A stretch of DNA of 64,000 nt, taken from assembly GCA_017557865.1 (NCBI GenBank), contig JAFYXW010000006.1, forward strand, positions 21,553-85,552, in the 5' to 3' direction. The stretch's first letter is position 1. Each line of letters begins with the position of its first letter. Of the stretch, positions 53,926 to 61,591 are shown in pieces. Origin of the DNA: Candidatus Saccharimonadota bacterium. GTDB lineage: Bacteria > Patescibacteriota > Saccharimonadia > Saccharimonadales > Saccharimonadaceae. A program made the translations under genes and the position numbers. The notes under the pieces are model-generated. The model saw only the letters and a program-made list of their open reading frames with translations. It ran no database searches and was not told the origin of the DNA.

Positions 53926-54460
53926 AGATTCTGAATTTGGTGAAGTTGTTGTACGAAAAAACGCTTTATCGCGCGGGATTAAATTTACTGTCTCGACTTC
54001 TGGTCGGTTACAAATGTCTGTGCCACAGCGCACGCCAGATTTTTTAATAAAAAGGCTTTTGAACCAAAGTAGGGCGTCGATTCGTGAAAAGCTGCCAATC
54101 AAAAATCCGGAAACTCAACGGGCGCGAGATTATCAAAAAAAGTTGTTAATGAAGAAGGCTAAGGAATATTTGCCATATCGATTAGATTACTATGCAAAAA
54201 AATTTGGTTATACGTATGATAAATGCCGACTAACACACGCAAATACTAGATGGGGAAGTTGTTCTTCTAGAAAAACGATTTCCTTAAATATTGGTTTAAT
54301 GAAGGTACCAGAGCCTTTACGCGATTATGTGATCTTGCATGAACTTGCGCACCTGAACCATATGGATCATTCAAGAGCCTTTTGGGCAGAAGTTGGAGCT
54401 CATGACAAAAATTACAAAGTGCATGAAAAAAAGTTAAAAATGTTTAACCCTGGCGTGTGA
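53915..54460 (+). CDS. YgjP-like (DUF45/M48-related) zinc metallohydrolase
   Basis: …WGSCSSRKTISLN…; HExxH-type motif HELAHLNHMDHS. Confidence 0.75.
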   Translation: MLIKDSEFGEVVVRKNALSRGIKFTVSTSGRLQMSVPQRTPDFLIKRLLNQSRASIREKLPIKNPETQRARDYQKKLLMKKAKEYLPYRLDYYAKKFGYTYDKCRLTHANTRWGSCSSRKTISLNIGLMKVPEPLRDYVILHELAHLNHMDHSRAFWAEVGAHDKNYKVHEKKLKMFNPGV

Positions 54461-54790
54461 TTATTTAATCGTAACGGTGGTGCCAAAGCCAACACGAGAT
54501 TTAACTTTGACATGTTCAGTGGTAAGAGCGTCGCAGGCTGATTTTGATAAGGTTAAACCAGTATCCGAGATAGTGAATTTGCCGTTTTTAACGGTGATTT
54601 TAATTTGTCCACTTTTGGTACGAGAAATGGCGGATTTGACGGATTTTTCGAGATCTTTTTCGATACGTTCACTGTCCTCAACCACAAAAGTGGTATCCGG
54701 AAAATCTACATCAAGAGTTATACCAATTGCTTTAACTTTTGGTGCATATTTTTGGTAGATATTGCCAACTATTTCCGAAGCACGTTTCAT
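54461..54790 (-). CDS. Small stand-alone protein resembling a degenerate histidine-kinase ATPase (HATPase_c-like) domain
   Basis: 109 aa. …ISRTKSGQIKITVKNGKFTISDTGLTL…SRVGFGTTVTIK resembles the N-box/G-box layout but lacks clear G1/G2 glycines. Confidence 0.4.
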   Translation of the reverse strand: MKRASEIVGNIYQKYAPKVKAIGITLDVDFPDTTFVVEDSERIEKDLEKSVKSAISRTKSGQIKITVKNGKFTISDTGLTLSKSACDALTTEHVKVKSRVGFGTTVTIK

Positions 54791-54828
54791 AAAAAAATTA
54801 TAGCATAGTTTTTAATTCTTATGTTATA

Positions 54829-55338
54829 ATGAAGAAAAGGAGTAGTGTGGAACTTAAGAAATCATTTGATTTTCGAAAAGTGATTGCGACGATTTGTTTT
54901 TTGGTCGCGACATTTTGTTTTGCACAAGGTCTAAAAACTGCCGATGCAGTAAGTTATGAAATCTCGGCAGAGCTCTCTATCCCAAGTATCAACCTTTCGT
55001 CCGACGTCACCACTTTAACATTAAAAGACCACGCCTTAAAAACTCCAGAAACAATTGTTGGCAGATTTTCGCGTTATGAAAACAAAACATTATTGATTGG
55101 ACACTCTACTACTGTATTTAATGCGCTGGAGAATGTTAGTGTTGGTGATGTAATTAATTATGACAACGAAGTGTATATTGTAGAGAATATTGAGGTTCTA
55201 AAAAGAGATGATGTCAATATGGATATCCTTCTAAAAAACAGCGAAGAAAAAACAATCGTTTTGATGACTTGTGCTGGTGAATTATATGAAAATGGCGGCG
55301 CATCGCACCGATTAATTATTACCGCGACAATCGAATAG
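54829..55338 (+). CDS. Sortase-like protein (His/Cys/Arg pattern)
   Basis: Signal/TM, then LLIGHST … IVLMTCAG … HRLIITA. The ATG at 54829 overlaps a TGtTATAAT box; GTG 54847 (SD AAGGAG 4 nt upstream) is the likelier start. Confidence 0.55.
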   Translation: MKKRSSVELKKSFDFRKVIATICFLVATFCFAQGLKTADAVSYEISAELSIPSINLSSDVTTLTLKDHALKTPETIVGRFSRYENKTLLIGHSTTVFNALENVSVGDVINYDNEVYIVENIEVLKRDDVNMDILLKNSEEKTIVLMTCAGELYENGGASHRLIITATIE

Positions 55339-57271
55339 CAAAACCACCGCCTGGTGCCATATACATGTCTAAGGTGTCGTTTTTGGTAACGCGACGACGA
55401 GTGATTTCGTAGCCAAATGGATTCTCGCGGAAATGCGCGTCTTTGCTGTCAGCATAGATTTCGGCATAATAATAACCGTCGCCAAGAAAATCTAGATTAA
55501 CAAGGATTCGTCGTGGAGTTTCATCTGTGACGCCTCCAATATACCAGTTTTCATTGTCGCGACTTTTGCGGGCCACGACGAAGTATTCGCCAATTTCGCC
55601 TGCGAGCGGAATAGTTTTTTCGAAGTTGGTCGGAACATCATGAATGAACTGAAAAAGATCTTTAAACCGATGTTCGTAAATAAATGGTCGGTCTGCAGCC
55701 ATAGCCATGCCGGAGTAAATCGTAACGAAGTAGGCAAGTTGGCGAGAGACGGTAGTGGCTATACGCTTGACACTATTTGCTATATCTAGGATGCCGTTGG
55801 TATAGTCCATCCCTCCAGCCAGAAGGCGGGTGTACGGCAAGAAACAGGCATGTGATGGGCTGAGCGCTCCACCCTCATATTCTTGGCCACGTGCACCTTC
55901 GCGACTGAGTAGATTTGGCCAAGTGCGCTCAATACCAGTGCCCTTGATTGGTTCATGGATATCTAGACAAATATGCATTTTGGCGGCAAGTTCGATTGTT
56001 TTTTGATAATGATTGACGCCGAGCTGAGAATGGTGATATTCTTTACGGCCATTAATCGTCATCATACTGCCTGCATAACCAGTCTTAATATAATTAATAT
56101 GATTTCGTACGTAATAATCGTAGGCACTTTCGAGTTGGTTTTCATAATTATCAACAAAACCAACAGTTTCGTGGTGCCCGACGATTTCGATATCATGACG
56201 TCTTGCATAACGAGCGACTTCTTCTAGATCAAAGTCTGGCGTTGCAATAGTAAATTTATTATTGATGCCGTTTTCAAGCCAATCGCCTTCCCAGCCTTCG
56301 TTCCAGCCTTCGATCAAAAGTCCTGTAATGCCTAGTCGCACGGCAGCATCAATGTATTCTTTGGCGTGAGCCGTAGTAGCGCCATGGCGTTCGCCTGGAG
56401 CCCAAGTCCATTCGCCAACAAACATTGCCCACCAAATACCGATAAATTTTAAGGTCTTAACCCATGAAAAGTCTGAAGCCGGCGGATCGTTTAGTGCGTA
56501 AATCATTCGATTAGTGGTAAGCTCAATTGCGGAGTTTGCAATCATGATTACTCGCCATGGGGTTTGAAAAGGCAGGGCAACATGAGCCTTGGTCCCATCT
56601 GAGAGCGGTGTAATATCCGTTTTTAAAACGTCGTCTTCAAGTTTAATTGTGGCTGAGCCGTAGTTATAAAGTGCAGCCTCGTGGATAGAAAGATAATAAC
56701 CAGTAGGAGTACGTAGAGTAAGTGGTGTATGTACAGAATGTTTAAGGTCATAAACCATGCACTTTTCGTAGTTATATTCATAGCGATCCGGCTGATAAGC
56801 TGGAATCTTCCAGGCCGTAGTGTTTAAGTCTACATTGAACTGCGTAAGCTCGTCGGCAATAGTGATACGTTGAAACTTTGGCTGTGGCGGGATTTCGTAA
56901 CGAAAGGCTACGCCACTATCAAATACGCGAAAACGTAGAGTAAAAATACGGCGAGTGGGCGTACTTTCGGCAAGATAAACGGCGAGTTCGTTATAGTTAT
57001 TGTTTATATATTGATCTTCGCCCCAAAGCATTTCGATTGTTTCGGTATGTTTTCTAGTTTGCGAACGGACGAGCGAGAGGTTTTTTCCTAGTGGTTCCTC
57101 GCCGCAAACTAAAAAGCCAAGGGCGGAAGGACGAGTGATTGTACGATCGTCTTTAGTCACGGCATAAAAAATCTGTCCATTTTTAAGGATAAAACTACAT
57201 TTGATATGCCCATCCGGAGAAGAAATTTCTTTCTTGGCATCATCTTTCTTGTGCCATGCCCACTTGAACAT
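55319..57271 (-). CDS. Glycoside hydrolase family 97 (alpha-glucosidase-like), apparently cytoplasmic
   Basis: A 650-aa protein with a GH97-like N-terminal beta-sandwich (…SPDGHIKCSFILKNGQIFYAVTKDDRTITRPSALGF…) and a TIM-barrel core (…GLLIEGWNEGWEG…). No signal peptide. Confidence 0.7.
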   Translation of the reverse strand: MFKWAWHKKDDAKKEISSPDGHIKCSFILKNGQIFYAVTKDDRTITRPSALGFLVCGEEPLGKNLSLVRSQTRKHTETIEMLWGEDQYINNNYNELAVYLAESTPTRRIFTLRFRVFDSGVAFRYEIPPQPKFQRITIADELTQFNVDLNTTAWKIPAYQPDRYEYNYEKCMVYDLKHSVHTPLTLRTPTGYYLSIHEAALYNYGSATIKLEDDVLKTDITPLSDGTKAHVALPFQTPWRVIMIANSAIELTTNRMIYALNDPPASDFSWVKTLKFIGIWWAMFVGEWTWAPGERHGATTAHAKEYIDAAVRLGITGLLIEGWNEGWEGDWLENGINNKFTIATPDFDLEEVARYARRHDIEIVGHHETVGFVDNYENQLESAYDYYVRNHINYIKTGYAGSMMTINGRKEYHHSQLGVNHYQKTIELAAKMHICLDIHEPIKGTGIERTWPNLLSREGARGQEYEGGALSPSHACFLPYTRLLAGGMDYTNGILDIANSVKRIATTVSRQLAYFVTIYSGMAMAADRPFIYEHRFKDLFQFIHDVPTNFEKTIPLAGEIGEYFVVARKSRDNENWYIGGVTDETPRRILVNLDFLGDGYYYAEIYADSKDAHFRENPFGYEITRRRVTKNDTLDMYMAPGGGFAIRLSR

Positions 57272-57277
57272 AATAAT

Positions 57278-57311
57278 ATTATACCACGAGATATGTTATA
57301 ATTCGGGTATG
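57278..57311. promoter_or_regulatory. Divergent leaderless-type promoters (GH97 minus strand; CapA-like plus strand)
   Basis: Minus strand: TGgTATAAT (complement of 57278-57286), 6 nt, ATG at 57271. Plus strand: TGtTATAAT (57294-57302), 6 nt, ATG at 57309. Confidence 0.55.
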
Positions 57312-58748
57312 AAACGTGTTTTGATTGGCGTCACTGGATTTATGTTTTGTTTCGCGGTGGCGTTTTTCGGAATTCAATTTTTTACAAAGACCGGTATCTT
57401 TAAAATACCAGGCGTAGTTTATATAGACACAGAACTTAGTGATGAAGAAACCGATCTTATAAATATGATTTTTTATAGCGACGAAGAGAAAATTGTTTTA
57501 GATAAAGACGTTCATATCACTAGACGAGAGGTGTATGAACTTCCAGAACTCGAAAAAGGTGAGTATTTGTTTAGTGTGAAAGTGCCCGTAGCTGAGTTTT
57601 ATAGCAACGAAACGAATGTTTTAACTAGTAGCGAAAATATTAATTATATCAGTATTAATGATTTAGATTTTAGCAAGAAATTATTATCACTTGATGGTTA
57701 CTATTATTTAAAAGAATTTAATAAGGGCGCAAAGTTCGAGATTATAAAATTTGAATCTGAAAAATACGAAGAAGAAATTAAACCGCTAGTAGAAGAATCG
57801 TTTAAAAAAGAATTTCCAACTAAAGAAACGGTGCTGACGTTTGCGCAAACTGGTGTTACGGCTATGGGGCGCGGCATGAATCGTAAACTTTACGAAGTGG
57901 GCGACGCGACTTTCTTTTCTGCTTATATTAAAGACTATCTGTCATCTTTTGATCTCACGCACACCTCAAACGAAGCATCGTTTTCGGACTGGGCGAACGG
58001 TAGTAATATTTGCGCAGACCGTAGATTTATCGATACTTTGAACGCAATTGGTCTTGATATTGTAGAACTTACCGGCAATCATAATCAAGACTGCGGTGAC
58101 GATGCTGCAAGCGAGACAATTGATATATATAATAATAACGGCATCAAAGTTGTCGGTGGCGGCAAAACGGCTACAGAAGCTGCCACGCCGCTAGTTTTAA
58201 ACGAAAAGGGCACAGGCATTACAATGCTGGCATATAATCTCTCTACTGGCGGAGCTACGCTAGACAATACGCCAGGTGCTAACCAATATTATGAAGAAAA
58301 TGCTGTGGCAGAAATTGCTGCTGCTAAAGCTCGCGGAGATAAGGTGATCATTGACATTCAATATTATGAATGTAGTGCATATGATACTGAGTACGAGAAT
58401 GCTACCTGTGACTATGCAAATTCTTCGGCAGGCGACCAAATTGGGTTCTTTAGACATTTGATTGATCTTGGTGCAGACGTAGTTGTAGGAACTAGCGCGC
58501 ACCAACCGCAAACTTATGAATTATATGGCAATGGCGCTATATATTATGGTCTAGGCAACCTCTTCTTTGACCAAATTTGGTGGCCAGGTACCACTAGAAG
58601 CCTCATTTTAGCGCATTATTTCTATAACGGTAAACTGCTTCAGACCGAAGTCGTGCCAACAGTTTATGACAGTAATATGCAAACCAAGCTAATGGATGCC
58701 GAGACTACTACTTGGTACCTAGATAGATTAAAATCTGCCCGGCCTTGA
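57309..58748 (+). CDS. CapA-family (PGA_cap, metallophosphatase-like) protein with N-terminal TM
   Basis: Start at MKRVLIGV… (TGtTATAAT-N6-ATG). Motifs …FAQTGVTAMGRG…, …LTGNHNQDCG…, …VVGTSAHQPQ…. Confidence 0.7.
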   Translation: MKRVLIGVTGFMFCFAVAFFGIQFFTKTGIFKIPGVVYIDTELSDEETDLINMIFYSDEEKIVLDKDVHITRREVYELPELEKGEYLFSVKVPVAEFYSNETNVLTSSENINYISINDLDFSKKLLSLDGYYYLKEFNKGAKFEIIKFESEKYEEEIKPLVEESFKKEFPTKETVLTFAQTGVTAMGRGMNRKLYEVGDATFFSAYIKDYLSSFDLTHTSNEASFSDWANGSNICADRRFIDTLNAIGLDIVELTGNHNQDCGDDAASETIDIYNNNGIKVVGGGKTATEAATPLVLNEKGTGITMLAYNLSTGGATLDNTPGANQYYEENAVAEIAAAKARGDKVIIDIQYYECSAYDTEYENATCDYANSSAGDQIGFFRHLIDLGADVVVGTSAHQPQTYELYGNGAIYYGLGNLFFDQIWWPGTTRSLILAHYFYNGKLLQTEVVPTVYDSNMQTKLMDAETTTWYLDRLKSARP

Positions 58749-60164
58749 TGGGGCTCCGCCAGGACCGCCGCCTGGGCCCATGTTCATGCTATTACCTACA
58801 ATAGTAGTGGTATTTTCGATTGTAAATGGATAACTGACGTCGTCGACAAGTATTGTATAGGTGTTGCCTAGTACAAACTTTGGGCTTGCTACAACAATAC
58901 TCGAGAATGATTTTTTGGCTGTGTGGCTGAGTATAATATTATTATCTTTGTCTCTAATAATAATGGCAGATTTTGCGGCTTCGGTGTTGTTTAAATAAAT
59001 ACTGACGCTGTTTATATTGGACTTTTCACTAAAACCTTCGGCCATGCCGCTAGAGCCAATTGCGATTACCTCGCCACCATTAACAAATAGACCAATACCG
59101 GCATCGAGCGCGCCGTTGCCATTGTTGGTTGGGCCATCAACAACCACATTGCCACCATTGATATATACGTAGCCGTTGCTGTCGATACCGTCGCCATATG
59201 CGTCTATATAGACATTGCCACCATTAATAGTAAGAACACAATCTTCATCGGCATCCATCATACCGCCTGGACGTGGGGTATTAGATTCGCTAGTGCCGCC
59301 ACCAGCATTAATGCCGTCATCAGTGGCTTTAATTTTGATATCACCATCATTTATCGTAATTTTGACGCCTTCCAGGCCTTCGTAGCTTTTTGTAATATCA
59401 ATATTAGCGTCGTCGATTAATAAATAGTTTTCGGCGTGGATACCGTCGTCACCAACACTTAAATTCAGATCTCCACTAGCAACATAAACAAAACCTTTGC
59501 CTACTTCTGTATTGTTAGTGGATTTAATACCGTCTTCTTTGGCTTCAATATTAAACGTACCGGCGCCGATGTAAACGCTATCTTTGCCACGAATGGCGTC
59601 GTCTGCAGCCTTAATATTATAAGTACCGCCACGAATGGTTAGGTCGTCTTTTGCGACAATAGCATCCTTGTAATTCGAAGTAAGATTTAGGGTGCCGCTG
59701 CCGCCTAGTGCTAGATCGGCTTTGGAATAAATTACGCCTTCGACATCTTGGTCTAATGAACTATCGTAAGAACCGCCATCGGCAAGGTAATTATCACCCT
59801 CAAATTCAATCAATAGGTTATCTGCTTCATGGCACATAATTGCAGGGCCGGTATAATTCGTGATTGAAACATTCTTTAGAATAATCCTGACCGAACTGTT
59901 TTTCCCGGCGTTAACAATGATGCTGCCGCCCCGAAGTGTACCAGTAAAAGTATAAACTCCAGATTTTGTGATCGTGTAAGTTTCGCTTAGGGTAACATCA
60001 ATTTGGTCGAGCACGTCCCAGTTGGTGTTAATATCACCATTATATATAGATAAATCATCGGCAGAGAGCGGGGTGTTGCCTAGATTATTATTAATGATTA
60101 TGCCCACTGCAATTAGCACCAAGACAAACGCTCCGAGTGCGAACCATTTGGCTTGAGCTTTCAT
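58728..60164 (-). CDS. Cthe_2159-like 'carbohydrate-binding' beta-helix repeat protein (membrane-anchored, extracytoplasmic)
   Basis: N-terminal TM. More than 10 recurring …DDGI/DAI/DGI… turns (AADDAIRGKD, KEDGIKST, GDDGIHAE, TDDGINAG, YGDGIDSN). Gly/Pro-rich tail. Confidence 0.65.
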   Translation of the reverse strand: MKAQAKWFALGAFVLVLIAVGIIINNNLGNTPLSADDLSIYNGDINTNWDVLDQIDVTLSETYTITKSGVYTFTGTLRGGSIIVNAGKNSSVRIILKNVSITNYTGPAIMCHEADNLLIEFEGDNYLADGGSYDSSLDQDVEGVIYSKADLALGGSGTLNLTSNYKDAIVAKDDLTIRGGTYNIKAADDAIRGKDSVYIGAGTFNIEAKEDGIKSTNNTEVGKGFVYVASGDLNLSVGDDGIHAENYLLIDDANIDITKSYEGLEGVKITINDGDIKIKATDDGINAGGGTSESNTPRPGGMMDADEDCVLTINGGNVYIDAYGDGIDSNGYVYINGGNVVVDGPTNNGNGALDAGIGLFVNGGEVIAIGSSGMAEGFSEKSNINSVSIYLNNTEAAKSAIIIRDKDNNIILSHTAKKSFSSIVVASPKFVLGNTYTILVDDVSYPFTIENTTTIVGNSMNMGPGGGPGGAPSRPGRF

Positions 60165-60835
60165 TAAATCTCCTCTTCTAGAACTGGTTGGCTAAGCAAT
60201 ACTTTGAGATTGCAGTTTTTGACTCTAATTTCATCTAGGAAAGCTTTTTCTTTGACGCCGTGTTTTAGCTTGACGTCGTAAGTGAGATCGTATAGGCTCC
60301 CCATGTTGACGGTTTTCATACGAACGAGCTTGGCGCGGGTCGTGTACTTTTTGAAGATTTCGTTAAATACATCGTCATAATCCAAATCTTCTGGAATTGT
60401 GATTTTTAGTACGCGTTCATGAGTATCTGGTTCGAGCAAATGTGTGCAAGAAAAGAAAACGATAGCAAAAATGCCAATAGCAGTAATGACAACAGCAAAT
60501 AGTACGTGGCCCATGCCAAGAGCAAGGCCAACCATCATAGCAAAGAAGACACTAAGTAGATCTTTCGCACGACCTTGGATTGAGCGGAAACGGATAAGCG
60601 AAAATGCACCAAGTATGGCAATAGAAGTGCCAAGATTACCGTTGATCATAATCATCACGGCCATCACAAGCAGAGGTAATACTGCCAAAGTGATCAAAAA
60701 GCCTTTGGTGGTTTGTGAAGTTTGGCGGTGAGTAATAGCAATAGCTAAACCAAGTGCCAAGGCAACTCCTGCGCAGATTAGCGCTGTAGTGATACTAAGC
60801 CCAGTTGTGCTGGGATCAAATATACTATTAAACAT
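60164..60835 (-). CDS. DUF4956-like membrane protein
   Basis: 4-5 TMs followed by a soluble C-terminal domain. It shares 1 nt with the downstream start and 8 nt with the upstream stop, consistent with translational coupling. Confidence 0.6.
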   Translation of the reverse strand: MFNSIFDPSTTGLSITTALICAGVALALGLAIAITHRQTSQTTKGFLITLAVLPLLVMAVMIMINGNLGTSIAILGAFSLIRFRSIQGRAKDLLSVFFAMMVGLALGMGHVLFAVVITAIGIFAIVFFSCTHLLEPDTHERVLKITIPEDLDYDDVFNEIFKKYTTRAKLVRMKTVNMGSLYDLTYDVKLKHGVKEKAFLDEIRVKNCNLKVLLSQPVLEEEI

Positions 60836-61553
60836 TATTCTCCTTTCTTAATCGTTCGTATATTTTACCAATTTTTGAAAAACTCATAGGGTACGCTTTG
60901 GCGGAAGACAGAGCCTTGGCAAGCCAAAGCGGAATCACGCCATTCGCTTTAATTTCCATTATAATATTTTTTTCATTATTAAAATAGTGGTTATCTTTCG
61001 CGCTTCTAGTGAATTTTAAGTTCTTGTTACGGTATTTAAGATTTTCATCAAAAGTAATGCGAAGCTCATTCTCGCCTTTATAACTAATTCGATCATAATA
61101 GACAAGAATTTTTGGTTTCAAATCAAAATATTTAATAAGATAATCTACTTCGTTTGCGATTTGCAAATCATTGCCTTCCTCGATTTTTTGTTTGGCGAGT
61201 CCTAACATAGTCTTTTTGCCAGCAACAAGTTTGTTGTAGTCTTCGTGAGTAATTAGTACTCGACGTTTGTAGCCAACGTTTACTTCTTTGCCTTTTGTCT
61301 TGGTTTTAATTTCTAGAAAAACTTTGTCAAAGCCGCCATAACTGCGGGCGCGAAGTTTTTCTTTAAACTCAGGTTTTTCGATTGATTTAATGATTAAGTC
61401 GTAATTGTCCGTATCGAAATAAATATTTAAAACTCTAGATTTGTGATATTTATCGCGTTTCATTTTGCGAGAGATGACACGAAGAATCTGATCCTTTTGT
61501 TCCTGATCTATAATATATTTCTTTTCAATTCGATCGAAAGTTCTTTCGTCCAT
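60828..61553 (-). CDS. VTC-domain (Vtc4-like triphosphate-tunnel / polyphosphate-polymerase-type) protein
   Basis: …FDRIEKKYIIDQEQ…LRARSYG…FLEIKTK…EIKANG…: alternating charged beta-strands typical of CYTH/VTC tunnels. Start at MDERTF (TATAAT-N7-ATG). Confidence 0.6.
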   Translation of the reverse strand: MDERTFDRIEKKYIIDQEQKDQILRVISRKMKRDKYHKSRVLNIYFDTDNYDLIIKSIEKPEFKEKLRARSYGGFDKVFLEIKTKTKGKEVNVGYKRRVLITHEDYNKLVAGKKTMLGLAKQKIEEGNDLQIANEVDYLIKYFDLKPKILVYYDRISYKGENELRITFDENLKYRNKNLKFTRSAKDNHYFNNEKNIIMEIKANGVIPLWLAKALSSAKAYPMSFSKIGKIYERLRKENNV

Positions 61554-61560
61554 ACACATT

Positions 61561-61591
61561 ATTATATTTTTATGCTAAAATAAAATCAATG
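61561..61591. promoter_or_regulatory. Divergent leaderless-type promoters (VTC operon minus strand; ABC transporter plus strand)
   Basis: Minus strand: TATAAT (complement of 61561-61566), 7 nt, ATG at 61553. Plus strand: TGcTAAAAT (61573-61581), 7 nt, ATG at 61589. Confidence 0.5.
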
